The notes beneath the pieces were generated by a model that saw only the letters and a list, made by a program, of their open reading frames with translations, had not been told where the DNA came from and did no database searches. A stretch of DNA of 64,000 bases. It comes from Octopus sinensis. Lineage: Eukaryota. Positions 52,851 through 64,000 of the stretch are shown in pieces. Where the stretch lies: contig NC_043006.1 in NCBI RefSeq assembly GCF_006345805.1, forward strand, positions 10,106,001 through 10,170,000. Direction: 5' to 3'. The position numbers and the translations under genes were made by a program. Position 1 is the stretch's first letter. Every line of letters starts with the position of its first letter.

Positions 52851-52982
52851 TAAGGTTGTCCCAAAAGTTCGTAGAAAGTCTTGGAAAATAATGGTCTTTA
52901 TTTTGAGGAATAATTTTTGTTAGTACTTGGCGAGTAAAAATTCAATTTTCGCAAGTGTTTACGAACTTTTGGGACAACCTAA
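52851..52982. mobile_element. 132-bp Tc1/mariner-type MITE
   Basis: Perfect 21-bp inverted termini AGGTTGTCCCAAAAGTTCGTA (52853-52873) / TACGAACTTTTGGGACAACCT (52960-52980), with TA at 52849-50 and 52983-84. Confidence 0.85.
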
Positions 52983-53437
52983 TAATTGATGAAGTTGATA
53001 TAAATATATCTGATTTGTATTGACTTATTCAATTTTCCATATTTCTAATGTATGTTGTTCACAGTTGATTATAACTGAGTTTAGGTTGATGTATAATTCG
53101 TTATTCACAATCTGAAGAATAAAAATGGAAATACTGATCTTAAGGGGCAAGAAACTTTTGAAGATCTTTCATTTAAATACATACTTATATATATATACTT
53201 CTATTTGCATGTATGTGGGCGGGGTGCTGTAGTGTGTGTGGTTTTGTGTGTGTATGGTCGGGCTAAATTTGGAGATTATTTATATCTCCCCACCACTACA
53301 AACTCAATACCACTATAAAATGGTCAAAACTTTTCACACAGGAACTTAGTTTGATTTGAAAATCCCACTAGAATGGAAGAGAGCGCTAATACATGATCTA
53401 AGTTATATGATGTATAAAAAAATGTAATATACATATA

Positions 53438-53608
53438 GGCGCAGGAGTGGCTATGTGGTAAGTAGCTTACTAACCAACCACATGGTTCTGGGTTCACTCC
53501 CACTGCGTGGCATCTTGGGCAAGTGTCTTCTGCTATAGCCCCGGGCCGACCAATGCCTTGTGAGTGGATTTGGTAGACGGAAACTGAAAGAATCCTGTCG
53601 TATATATG

Positions 53609-53645
<37 letters not shown>

Positions 53646-54113
53646 TAATGTACTAATACATACTAATACATACTAATACATACACCAACCCTATACATAC
53701 ACACGTCCAGACCCCTCATACGCACTTATACTCTCTCATACACACACACACTTATACATACTAATACTTACACCAACCCCCTACATACGCCTGTCCTGAC
53801 CTATCCTAGGGTCATTCAACCCTATTATCAACCCTATTATCTCCCCTTATTTCGCTCTCGCGTCTCATGTTTGATCTTTGACCTCTGGCCGAAATCACAT
53901 CGCCATGTTGATTCGTTAGTTACTGCACGCATTTTTTTTCTCTCCTTCTTTCTGTGTTTTTTCTCTCTGTGTATCTTTCTGTTGAAGAGCGTAGGCTCGA
54001 AACGTTAAAGACTTGTTTTATTTATATTTCCTGAGCGCCATACTAATACAATTGTTTGTTTGTTTTCCACCTGCCTTCGTCTTTTGTCTATTTTCATAAA
54101 GCCTCCCGTTATA

Positions 54114-54151
<38 letters not shown>

Positions 54152-54365
54152 ATATATATATATATATGCGTGTATGTGTTTGTGTGTCTGTGTTTGTTCT
54201 CCTAGCATTGCTTGACAACTGATGCTGGTGTGTTTATGTCCCCGTCACCTAGCGGTTCGGCAAAAGGGACCGATAAAATAAGTACTGGGCTTACAAAGAA
54301 TAAGTCCCGGGGTTGAGTTGTTCCAGCATGGCCACAGTCAAATGACTGAAACAAGTAAAAGAGTA
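53438..54365 (+). mobile_element. SINE family B split at its internal (TA)n by a ~470-bp insertion (~53643-54110)
   Basis: 5' half at 53438-~53605; the 3' half resumes at ~54168 and ends with AAGTAAAAGAG. Confidence 0.88.
53974..54011 (+). ncRNA. Minimal hammerhead motif with CUGUUGA core
   Basis: TCTTT-CTGTTGA-A-GAGC-GTAG-GCTC-GAAA-C-G-T-T-AAAGA. Helix I 5 bp, helix II 4 bp, helix III palindrome ACGT. Confidence 0.62.
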
Positions 54366-55841
54366 TACATATAAATATCTGTAACTATAAAAGCATCCGA
54401 TTTTCTGAGTACTTCATTTCTTCTAATATAAAATACCTGTACATCATCTCCAAACCTTCCAATATATATATATACATACTTAGCTGCATCCAACATTCAC
54501 TCACATATACATGTTTGCATACAGTAATGAAGAAGAGTGTGATCGTGTCCGACAGAAGAAAACGATATTAATACAAAGTAAATACGTAACCATTATTTTT
54601 TTAATGTAAACTAAGTTATACTTTATGAAGATTTGCATGGAGATATTTTTCTGTTATACATTGATAAATGCTATTAATCCTAAAAGAGATTGTTGCTGGT
54701 TTTACCGCTACCATGGGAAGAGAAATTTATGTGTTAAGAGACGACAATTATCCTGAGTTTATTCTACAGTGTTACATAAAGCTATAGCGTCATTAGATGA
54801 AAATATTTCAATATATTTATATATTAGTTTCATATAGCGCAATCTTTCCTAAGAAATTAAATTTCTCATGAATTATTGTATAATATCCTGCCACGCTTTG
54901 CTCTTCATATTTCAAGTAGAAATTTGAGTTGTATAGATTTAAAGCTTATATCATAGGGAATATTTATAACGCATGATTAAATTCCAAGATAATTATGTTA
55001 ATATTTCATCTTTTCTGAAGATTTTAACATGAGATTTAAGTATACACCAAGTAAACTTATTGAATATATGCTGCAGGAATATCGCAGATTTATTCAGGAG
55101 GCATTAATAGTTGGGTAATAAGGCGTTTATATTAGCTATTATTATGGATTTAAGGAGCTGTGAAACAGCGAATGAAAACCGAATTATTTGCAAAGATTAT
55201 TTGAGCAGTGCTCACCTCAAATAAGATTTATTTACATTTACAAGGTAAATCACCGTAGTTGTGAAGAAGATATAAAATCTATTTAATTAAAATTTACCTA
55301 GCGTGTACGTTTTGAAATAGCGGAAGAAATATGTAAATATGCTTGCAGTTCAATTTCAATCCAAGACAATAAATGATGAGCCCAAATGACATAATCGATT
55401 GTGTCAACGATTGTTGCAATACTGGAAATTTCTACTACACTATATTCTACGTTAAATAACATTTATTAAACAATAGATTCAGGCATCGAGAGATCATAGA
55501 TAATTACACCTACGCTGGTTAGGGATATCTTCAATTTAGACCGTAGATTATGATACACCGAAAAAAATATGTTTCAATATAAACTCATTTATATTTTATG
55601 ACATATAATAGCGGAGAGAGCAATTTTCAAGATCCGTTTTGTAACTGTTTAAAATTAGCATATTGTGTTATATACGAAGAGAGTGGAATACAGTAAAATT
55701 AAAGTAACACACACACACACACACACACACCACACACACACACGTATATTATATGTATATAGGTATGTATATAAACATTTAAACGTATACTGATATAGAA
55801 TGCGTGTATGTATGTAAATATATATATATTATATATATATA

Positions 55842-55873
<32 letters not shown>

Positions 55874-56589
55874 TATGAATATTATTATTATTAAGAAGAA
55901 GAAGAGAAGAAGAAGAGAAGAAGAAGAAGAAGAAGAAGAAGAAGAAGAAGAAGAAGAAGAAGAAGAATTACTCTAGACATACAAATAGTTTGACCACAGC
56001 CTACAAGTACTTATGGAGAATATCAATATTGAAATTTCTCTTCTTGTAATTTAATATACAAACCGACTATGTCAGTGAACATAGAAGGCCAGATATCTGG
56101 CCGTGTACAAGAAAGACAGATTATATGACATTATTGATATATACAATTCCCAGGTACGGCAATGTAAGCTGTAAAGCGGAAGGAATTATAACTATCTACA
56201 TTGGTCAGAGACAGCAAATTTAAAGTATATGGAATTAAAATAAGCATGTATAATTCCAGCCGTTGTTGGCGCGTTCGAAAATGTAACCAACAATTTAATT
56301 TCAAAACCTGGTTGGCTGAACAATGACTCAAAACTTGCATGAGGCTGATACAGAAATTAATGTTTCTTGGAGCAGTAAGTGCCAGAAGACGAGACTTTGA
56401 GACTTGAGATTGCTGAATATTGCTTGCTCTGAATGAGAAAATTGCTTGTCCAACATTCTCATAACGAAATAACTCAGAAATAGTAAAAACGCAACAAAAT
56501 TTATTCGGATGAAGAGATTCTCAAATACCAACAATAAATTTTACACTCCTTTCAGAGGTAGTTTTTTAGAGTACTATTTTTAGTACTCT

Positions 56590-56678
56590 ATTCAGAAAAA
56601 AAATACGTATATTTCAGAAAAAAACCCGTATATTTCAGAACAAAATAGGTATATTTTAGAAATGAAATACGTATATTC
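56590..56678. repeat. Short minisatellite, about 4 copies of a ~21-bp unit (ATATTTCAGAAAAAAATACGT-like)
   Basis: Directly visible. Confidence 0.7.
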
Positions 56679-57100
56679 TCGCATATTCTTTAGTTACATA
56701 GTCAAGGTTCTATGGTAACCATACGTTTAACGAAGAACAAATAATTTATAGTGCATACAAGGTGAAATTTAATTGCGATTGGGACACTAATCTAATACAC
56801 ATCTTATAGGCCTTTGCTTTGTAACGCATTATCACTTACCTAGAAGAGCTTTGTCTCATATAGAAATTCCGATAGCTTCGTAAAGACGTAAATGATATAC
56901 ATAATTAATTTATTCAAACTAAGTGCCTAACATTCTGCACAAGGATTGTTGCATTTATTTGTCATACATGAGGATTTACCTGGCATTCTTACTCTACATA
57001 CATTTACTGGTATCTATTTTTTTGGAAATGTACCCTTATTCCTTTATACTGTGTGCTTATTTTATATCTGCCAGGATTTTGTAATATATGTATATAAATA

Positions 57101-57241
57101 TATATTATATTAAATTAGAGATAAAACCACTATTAGGCAAATCAAACAATGAAAAACATAAGCCAATACATAAAATTAATTAATTTATATTATTTTAAAT
57201 ATATATTAAAAGTGGTTTTATCTCTAATTTAATATAATATA
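57101..57241. repeat. Perfect 31-bp inverted repeat with a 79-bp spacer
   Basis: TATATTATATTAAATTAGAGATAAAACCACT (57101-57131) vs AGTGGTTTTATCTCTAATTTAATATAATATA (57211-57241). Confidence 0.85.
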
Positions 57242-57322
57242 ATATTTTACTATAAAATTGGATGTAATCCTAAATCTGATTTTTCCCAGTAAGTTTGGAT
57301 TTATTCCCTAACATTTTATTAT

Positions 57323-57425
<103 letters not shown>

Positions 57426-57719
57426 TGTGTCTGTGTGTGTGTGTGTGTACTTGTGTGTGTGTCTGATAAGTACAAATAAAAGCCTTGTAAAATATAATTA
57501 CCTATGTTTTACTGACCGTAATATTCATTCATTTCGCTATTTATCAAACTGGTAAAAGCAGCAAGTCGGGTTAGTAACTGCGTTTGATGTAACAGCTGTT
57601 TCAATGACCACGTTTGTTTAGACCGTATGTATTTAGCCCTAGAGTAACACAAGAGCAATAATTAAACTCACAGTAAATTCAATTAGTGTTTTATGAATAT
57701 AAAATAGTTTATATATATC

Positions 57720-58420
57720 AATATTAGAACGCATGTGTCCGGTGGTTCATTTGCCAAGTTCCGTCAACATGCACCGCTCCCGGTAATTATATAATCAATT
57801 GCGATTCTTAAGTGTTTTAAATGATACAGTTTTTCAAGTAATTTTATGGAACGTCTTTCTGATCCATTTTTAGGTTTGGTCTTAAAACAGATCTTCCATT
57901 CCATGGTGTTGGATGTTCGCGTCTTTAGGCTTTCATATTAACGCCGTGAGGGATTTTGTATGTGTCTTCTCAGAGTGTTTAAAAGCTAAAAGATGGTTAT
58001 TGTATCTAGATTTAAATTTTTCCTTCCACAGATTAAATATAACAATATAACTTTTGGTCTTCTTCCCGGCAATTACCAGAGTTTGCTCATAAGTGTGCTG
58101 CATATGCAACAGACGATATATTGCATATCTGACTATGAGGACATTTAGCTTAATCATGGAATGTATATCCAGTAAGGGCCAAGTCATCGGTTGTTTCTTC
58201 ATATTTTCCTACTTGTATGCAATATCACTCGGAGAATATAAAGATTAGATTCCTATTTACAAATGGGTAACTTTTAAACTAGAAGTGACTAGCAGATGCG
58301 CCGTGATATAAATAAACTCGTGTGACTTTTGCAGCTCATATTCGGATGAGTTATCTAACTAGGGACATTCATAGAATGGTAAATGTATCGTATACTATCC
58401 GGGTACAGTGATTTTTACGT
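57720..58420 (-). mobile_element. Penelope GIY-YIG endonuclease remnant
   Basis: YAIYR..KFKSRYNNHLLAFKHSEKTHTKSLTALI then SLKDANI..WKI; degenerate. Confidence 0.65.
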
Positions 58421-58494
58421 AACATCAGTACATATGGATATTGTCGGAAGGTATATATGTTTGTGTCTTTCTGTCTGTTGGTGTGTGTGTAATT

Positions 58495-58539
<45 letters not shown>

Positions 58540-59396
58540 CATACTTGCATATATGCATGTGGAAAATAGACACAGAGAGTTTAGTAGTAATGTATATTAC
58601 AATGATGTACACAATTAAAGAATAATTATTACTTTATAAATATTTTATTTAAATGTATATGGAATAAGAATGTAAAAATTTAATGCACGAAATTAAGAAC
58701 ATGCACTTCATAAAACCATGAAACTGTGTTCGAGACAAGTAGTTCTAATGGACTCATGTAAACGATTTTGTTAACATACCTGAAAGTTATTGGAAACCGT
58801 AATATTAATATTAGTGATGGTGTTTATACTAAACATGACAGGTAGGATTATAATGAGGAAGTTGGTGGTTGTGGCGAACACTTATTAAAAGCTAAATTGC
58901 AATTGGTTAAAAATTCGGCTTTGTATAGTTCCTGGATAGATATGTTAACGATATCAACTAATACGTTTGTAAACTAGATTACGCCACTACATTAGCAGAT
59001 ACTCGAGCGACCCAAATGATATTACGAAAAACCAATTGAAAATTTTTTCGTATGAGATATGTAGAACTTCAGAAAAAGAAAGCATTTCTATGGAGCGCCA
59101 TAGATCTAGATTTTAGAAATTATTGCCCCACGGGTGAAATTTAATATTATATATTCGTTTATGCATGATATTTATACTGATATCCTTTACTATATAAAAT
59201 CCTCTTGTGTCATACGAACACTCACAAGTTTGACAGCCATTTCAAAATGGATTCTGTGTAATAGACTTTATACAAAAGTATCTGGTGTCAATGTTATGAA
59301 ATTTTATACGCAAATGTAAAAGATTATCAACTCTCTCCTGGAGGATTACTCCCAATATATTACATATGTGTGTATGTATGAGTGTGTGTGTTTTTT

Positions 59397-59439
<43 letters not shown>

Positions 59440-62032
59440 TATTGTCACTTACGGCATGGACTTAACTGTGTTATCCAACTCAAAATCATAGATGTATGTT
59501 TGGGTGAATTGTGACAGTTGCTTCTAGCAGAACGTATGACCGAAAAAAATCCTGCCTCGTTGCATCGAATCAATCATAAATTATTTTTCTTGTACACGCT
59601 GTTTAAGCCTACGCCAGCCCGGGTCAAGCTTCTATTAGGCGGAAAGGATATATGCCGTCTGTCTTTTTCTTCATTTTGTATATCAAGAATTATGCAGTAC
59701 ATCTTTTGTTTAAGGTGCTTGTGTAGTTGTCTTATACTCTGTTTTTTCGTTGTTAAAGGAATGGTCCGTTCCATGCTGTTTTTACGTTTTCGTTTCTCGT
59801 TGAGTTCTACGTCTATTTGTGGTGTCCTGTACACACGTATATATATTTATATATGCATGTATATATACATATATTTATATATGCATGTATATACATATAT
59901 TTATATATGCATGTATATACATATATAAATATATGTATATGTATATAAATATATGTATATGTATATGTATATAAATATATGTATATTTATATATAATGAA
60001 GGAAACGTTTTAGCTGCCCTGCCAATAGGCTATGTAGAAGCTCTTTTGTTCTATATGGCATCTGACGATATAGAGAGACATTCCATCATAGTGTGGGAGA
60101 CTGTAAAGCAGCTAAATAGACTGCTCAAACTGAATAGATGACTATTTTATGCTAAAATATCTTTGCCAACCCTCATTCACACTACTCTCACGATTTCATG
60201 CATTCTGAATGTGTCTTATATATATTGGCGGTTTGACTTTGAGTTATTAAAGGAAAATATGGTTGATGCTGTTGTATATAATGTTTATTTCCCAATTTCG
60301 TTACATCATTTACACACGCCATATATCAGTGCCACTAATCTTTGTGTCCTTTACGTTAAATGATCTTTGCCAGAAACTGGACTTCATATGCAGAGGATAA
60401 ACATTGACCACTTGGGGACGACTGAAAAAACTGAAATTGATATAAAGCGCGGGAAGTCACGAGCGTGGCTGGAAAATACTAAGTTGTAAGTGGGGAGAAG
60501 TAAGGGGGAACTAGAAACCCATGATCACAGGTGAATGTAGGCGAAGCGTTTGAGGAAAAAGGAAAAAATAAATGAAGGAAGAGGCGGAGGAGAAGTAGGA
60601 GCGTGAGAAGGAGAAGAAAGAAGAGGAGGTATTGGTGGAGGAGGAGGACAAGGAGAGGGACGAGGGTGATGAGGAGAAGGAAGGGAAGAGAAGAAGGAAG
60701 AAGGAAGGGAAGACGGAAGGAGGGGTGGAGGAGGACGAGTACAAGGAGAAGAGGTGGAGAAGGAGGAGAGGCGAAAGAAGAGGAAGGGAGGAAGGGGAGG
60801 AAGAAGAATCTTTTCTTCCTTCCGGATAATTGTCACTCTCAAATAATAAAATGTATACGTATTATGAGCACATGGCTGTATCGAACGTGCTTTTGAAATA
60901 CGGCTGATATTTGAACGCACTAAGATATAACTGAAAAGCAATTTTTGTGGAAGTTACCTGGAGAATTACCACCTTTGAATCCATTCCTATTTGATATTCG
61001 CTTAATTTTGTTTCTTTTCGTGTACCATAAAATACATGCTAAAATATAATGAGAATAAACTCACTTAACGCTTTATATCCCCTTTTTCTATATAAGGTAT
61101 TAAGTACAGGTCAATTTGATGTTGCTCGTTCTGCTCCTGGTTCTTTGGTGAAAAGTCAAAATGGCCGAAAAGCAGTGAGCACGACATAACATAACTCAAA
61201 TAATGTTCTAGAGTATACTACAGCCTACATTTCTTGTTGTTTATTAACAAAATATAAATATATGTTTCTAAAAACAGACAATTGTTTAAAAGGACACAGT
61301 GACATTTCTTATCGAAGGAATGCAGTGCATTTAATCATCTGCTCTATACATTTTCAGCAAGCTAAACCTTTTTATGATCAATCCGAGGAGAATATTACAA
61401 AGGCAAGCCGTCGACAAAGGAAAGTTGTCTAATATACATTTGGCTTAATTCATTTTCTGTACGTTTCCCTTGTTACAGAATGCTTTTATGCTTCTGATTC
61501 GTTCGATATAATTTCGTCATAAATGGTTGACACGACTTTCCTTCAGTGACAAATTTATTTTTTATGAATGCCTTTTTGTTTGTTTGTAAGTGCATGCAAA
61601 GTATTGCTTCTGGAGATGTCACATGTTATAAGAAAACATACTAGACTCCATCAAACAAATTCCTTCGATTATAGAAGAGAAGTTGATTGAAAGGACAAGT
61701 TTACCCATGTCAACAAGATTTATATTTTTTAGTAGCTTTTTGATGATTACACGCATAAAAACGCAGAAGATAAAAAGAATGCTGCATAACAAAATTTTGC
61801 GATAACAGTTTTGAAGATGGAGTTACAGAAACGCTTGTGTATAAAGAAAAATGTTTTACGGTATTTCTGGCTTTTCATGTGCAGCGATCAGATCCCCGTG
61901 AGATCGACTTTATGTCAATAAAATAAAATACCCGTTAAGTACTGAGGTACATGACCTTTCTAAAATAAGTAAACATTATTGTTGTTATCATTATTATCGC
62001 TGTTCCTCTTAATACTATTATTGTTTTGTTTT

Positions 62033-62409
62033 TTTATTCTTTTACTTGTTTCAGTCATTTGCCTGCGGCCATGCTGGAGCACCGCCTTTAGTCGAGCAAA
62101 TCGACCCCAGGACTTATTCTTTGTAAGCCCAGTATTTATTCTATCGGTCTCTTTTGCCGAAACGCTTGTTGTCAAGCGATGTTGGGGTGGGGGACAAACA
62201 CAGACACACAAACACACACACACTCATATATATATATACATATATACGACAGGCTTCTTTCAGTTTCCGTCTACCAAATCTACTCACAAGGCATTGGTCG
62301 GCCCGGGGCTATAGCAGAAGACACTTGCCCAAGATGCCACGCAGTGGGACTGAACCCGCAACCATGTGGTTGGTTAGCAAGCTACTTACCACACAGCCAC
62401 TCCTGCGCC
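62033..62409 (-). mobile_element. SINE family B, near full length
   Basis: Head at 62409, tail at ~62033, short internal deletion. Confidence 0.9.
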
Positions 62410-64000
62410 TTTTTTTATTTTATTTTTAAAGGCTTTTCAATATCATGTTTATAGTTGTATTCCATATTGGAACACATTTTATTCTTTTCATTTTGCTAAA
62501 TTTCTAAAGCACTGCAAGTTGCGTCGTTTCGTATACAAATACGCTTATGTAAAAAAATGCAATCGAAGATAGAACATATAGGTAACCGGTGTGTATGTAT
62601 ATTTCAAGTTTTACTGCTCTTTCATCAACACCAAATAAAACACATCAAATATCCACAATCACATTACTTAAATGCCCACAATGTTTAACGATGTAACACA
62701 AGTGGATAGCACAATATACAAACGAAACACATTCCTGACGACTGGTAACTACATATTAATAGCTGCCAAAGACAAATATTTTACTTAGCAACCCGACTAT
62801 ACTACCGAGTATATTAAAGATGGACAACTGAACATTCACGTACCTTTTGGTACCAGTCCGGTGTGTTCACTTTCCAGTTAATCTAGTCACGATGTTTCGT
62901 AAACGAATACGTTTATGCAGACAATGTCATCGAAGTAGAAAACGTAAGTAAATGTGTGTACAGTTATATCAATATTTTATATCTCTCGATTTATAAATCT
63001 CCTCTCAATAACTTTCCATAATATTATACACTGCAAACATATCTTCCTCATATTCACCCTATCTCCATTTTTTACATAGCTGCTTCTCTTGTATATACTA
63101 CGCTAAATCATGGTTCACGAAGCTCCACCAAGTCAAGAAAACAATTTGCCATTGTATATAGAGACATAATAAACCGATATAAATACAAGCAAATAAAAGC
63201 AAGCAAACCAGAAAATTCGAAGTCACCGTCAACCTTTTCTTTGTAGAAGTTAATGTATAAGTGTTATAATAAAAAGTATTGTCTAATCCTTCAGTTTAAT
63301 CTCCAATTGTAATTATACATAACACATATATCTCTATCTATCTATCTCTATGCACACACACACAAACACACAGACTCACACAGACTCACACACACTCACA
63401 CACACATATACGCGATTACAACTAGTTTTCACTCTACGAGATCAGCGACTGTGTGTCACTTTAAACATATATACTGTGAGCAAGAGCAAGTGGCTGCTAT
63501 CTCAAGCCAACGGTTTTCTTGTACCGAGGAAGGAAAATCACCCTGAATCCATTGGTTTGCGTGCATCGTGACGGCTAGAAAAGGAGCAATAGACTCCCTT
63601 ACTCAAAGTATACAGACACAGAATATGTGTCAGTGGCAAGCTGGTAAAGATGTTTTCCTGGGGCTAAAATGTAGTAATATTGTCCTGCGTAGCTTTGGAA
63701 AGTGGCGTTGGCAAATATTTTTTACTGCTTGGAACTGTTATAATATATTTCTAGCTCAGAGATTTAAAACTAGTATTCTCTTTACGAAATCAGTAACTGT
63801 GTGCCGATTTTAAAAGTATATATTTCGTGCGTGAGTGAGTGAGTGTTATCACTAGCCGGCGATCTATATGTATTGCTACGGCTAGAAAGGGAGCAATAGA
63901 CTCCCTTGCTCATGTTAAATGGTCACAAACCATATTTCGGTAGCCAAATTGTGTGTGTATTTATGCGTATGTGTGTGTTTCTTATAATCAGGTATTTAGT

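Noticed and set aside
59574-59834. 86-aa minus ORF faintly like a PLE RT-EN linker
   Set aside because: No diagnostic motif; similarity is too weak to call.

Overview
AT-rich eukaryotic non-coding DNA, packed with microsatellites and transposon relics. The SINE families and repeat landscape point to an octopod cephalopod (inference, not verified). I found no host protein-coding gene I can recognise, and most ORFs in the track are translations of (TA)n, (CA)n or (TCT)n arrays. Supported content: many copies of two tRNA-derived SINE families, two degenerate Tc1/mariner elements, a mariner-type MITE, CR1-like and RTE-like LINE fragments, and many Penelope-like element (PLE) remnants (one RT fragment, five GIY-YIG fragments). 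The main hidden signal is a set of minimal type-I hammerhead ribozyme (HHR) motifs: about 8 with both core halves recognisable and about 4 degenerate. They have palindromic helix III and non-canonical cores (CCGAUGA, CCGACGA, CUGUUGA). They lie downstream of PLE endonuclease ORFs or in short ORF-less units in or beside (TA)n arrays, and several loci carry inverted terminal duplications. Other notable items: a head-to-head double-HHR palindrome, a SINE that re-inserts at the same site in its own family, a 99-bp near-perfect local duplication, and a possible minus-strand promoter/first-exon cluster near 16.7-17.0 kb.
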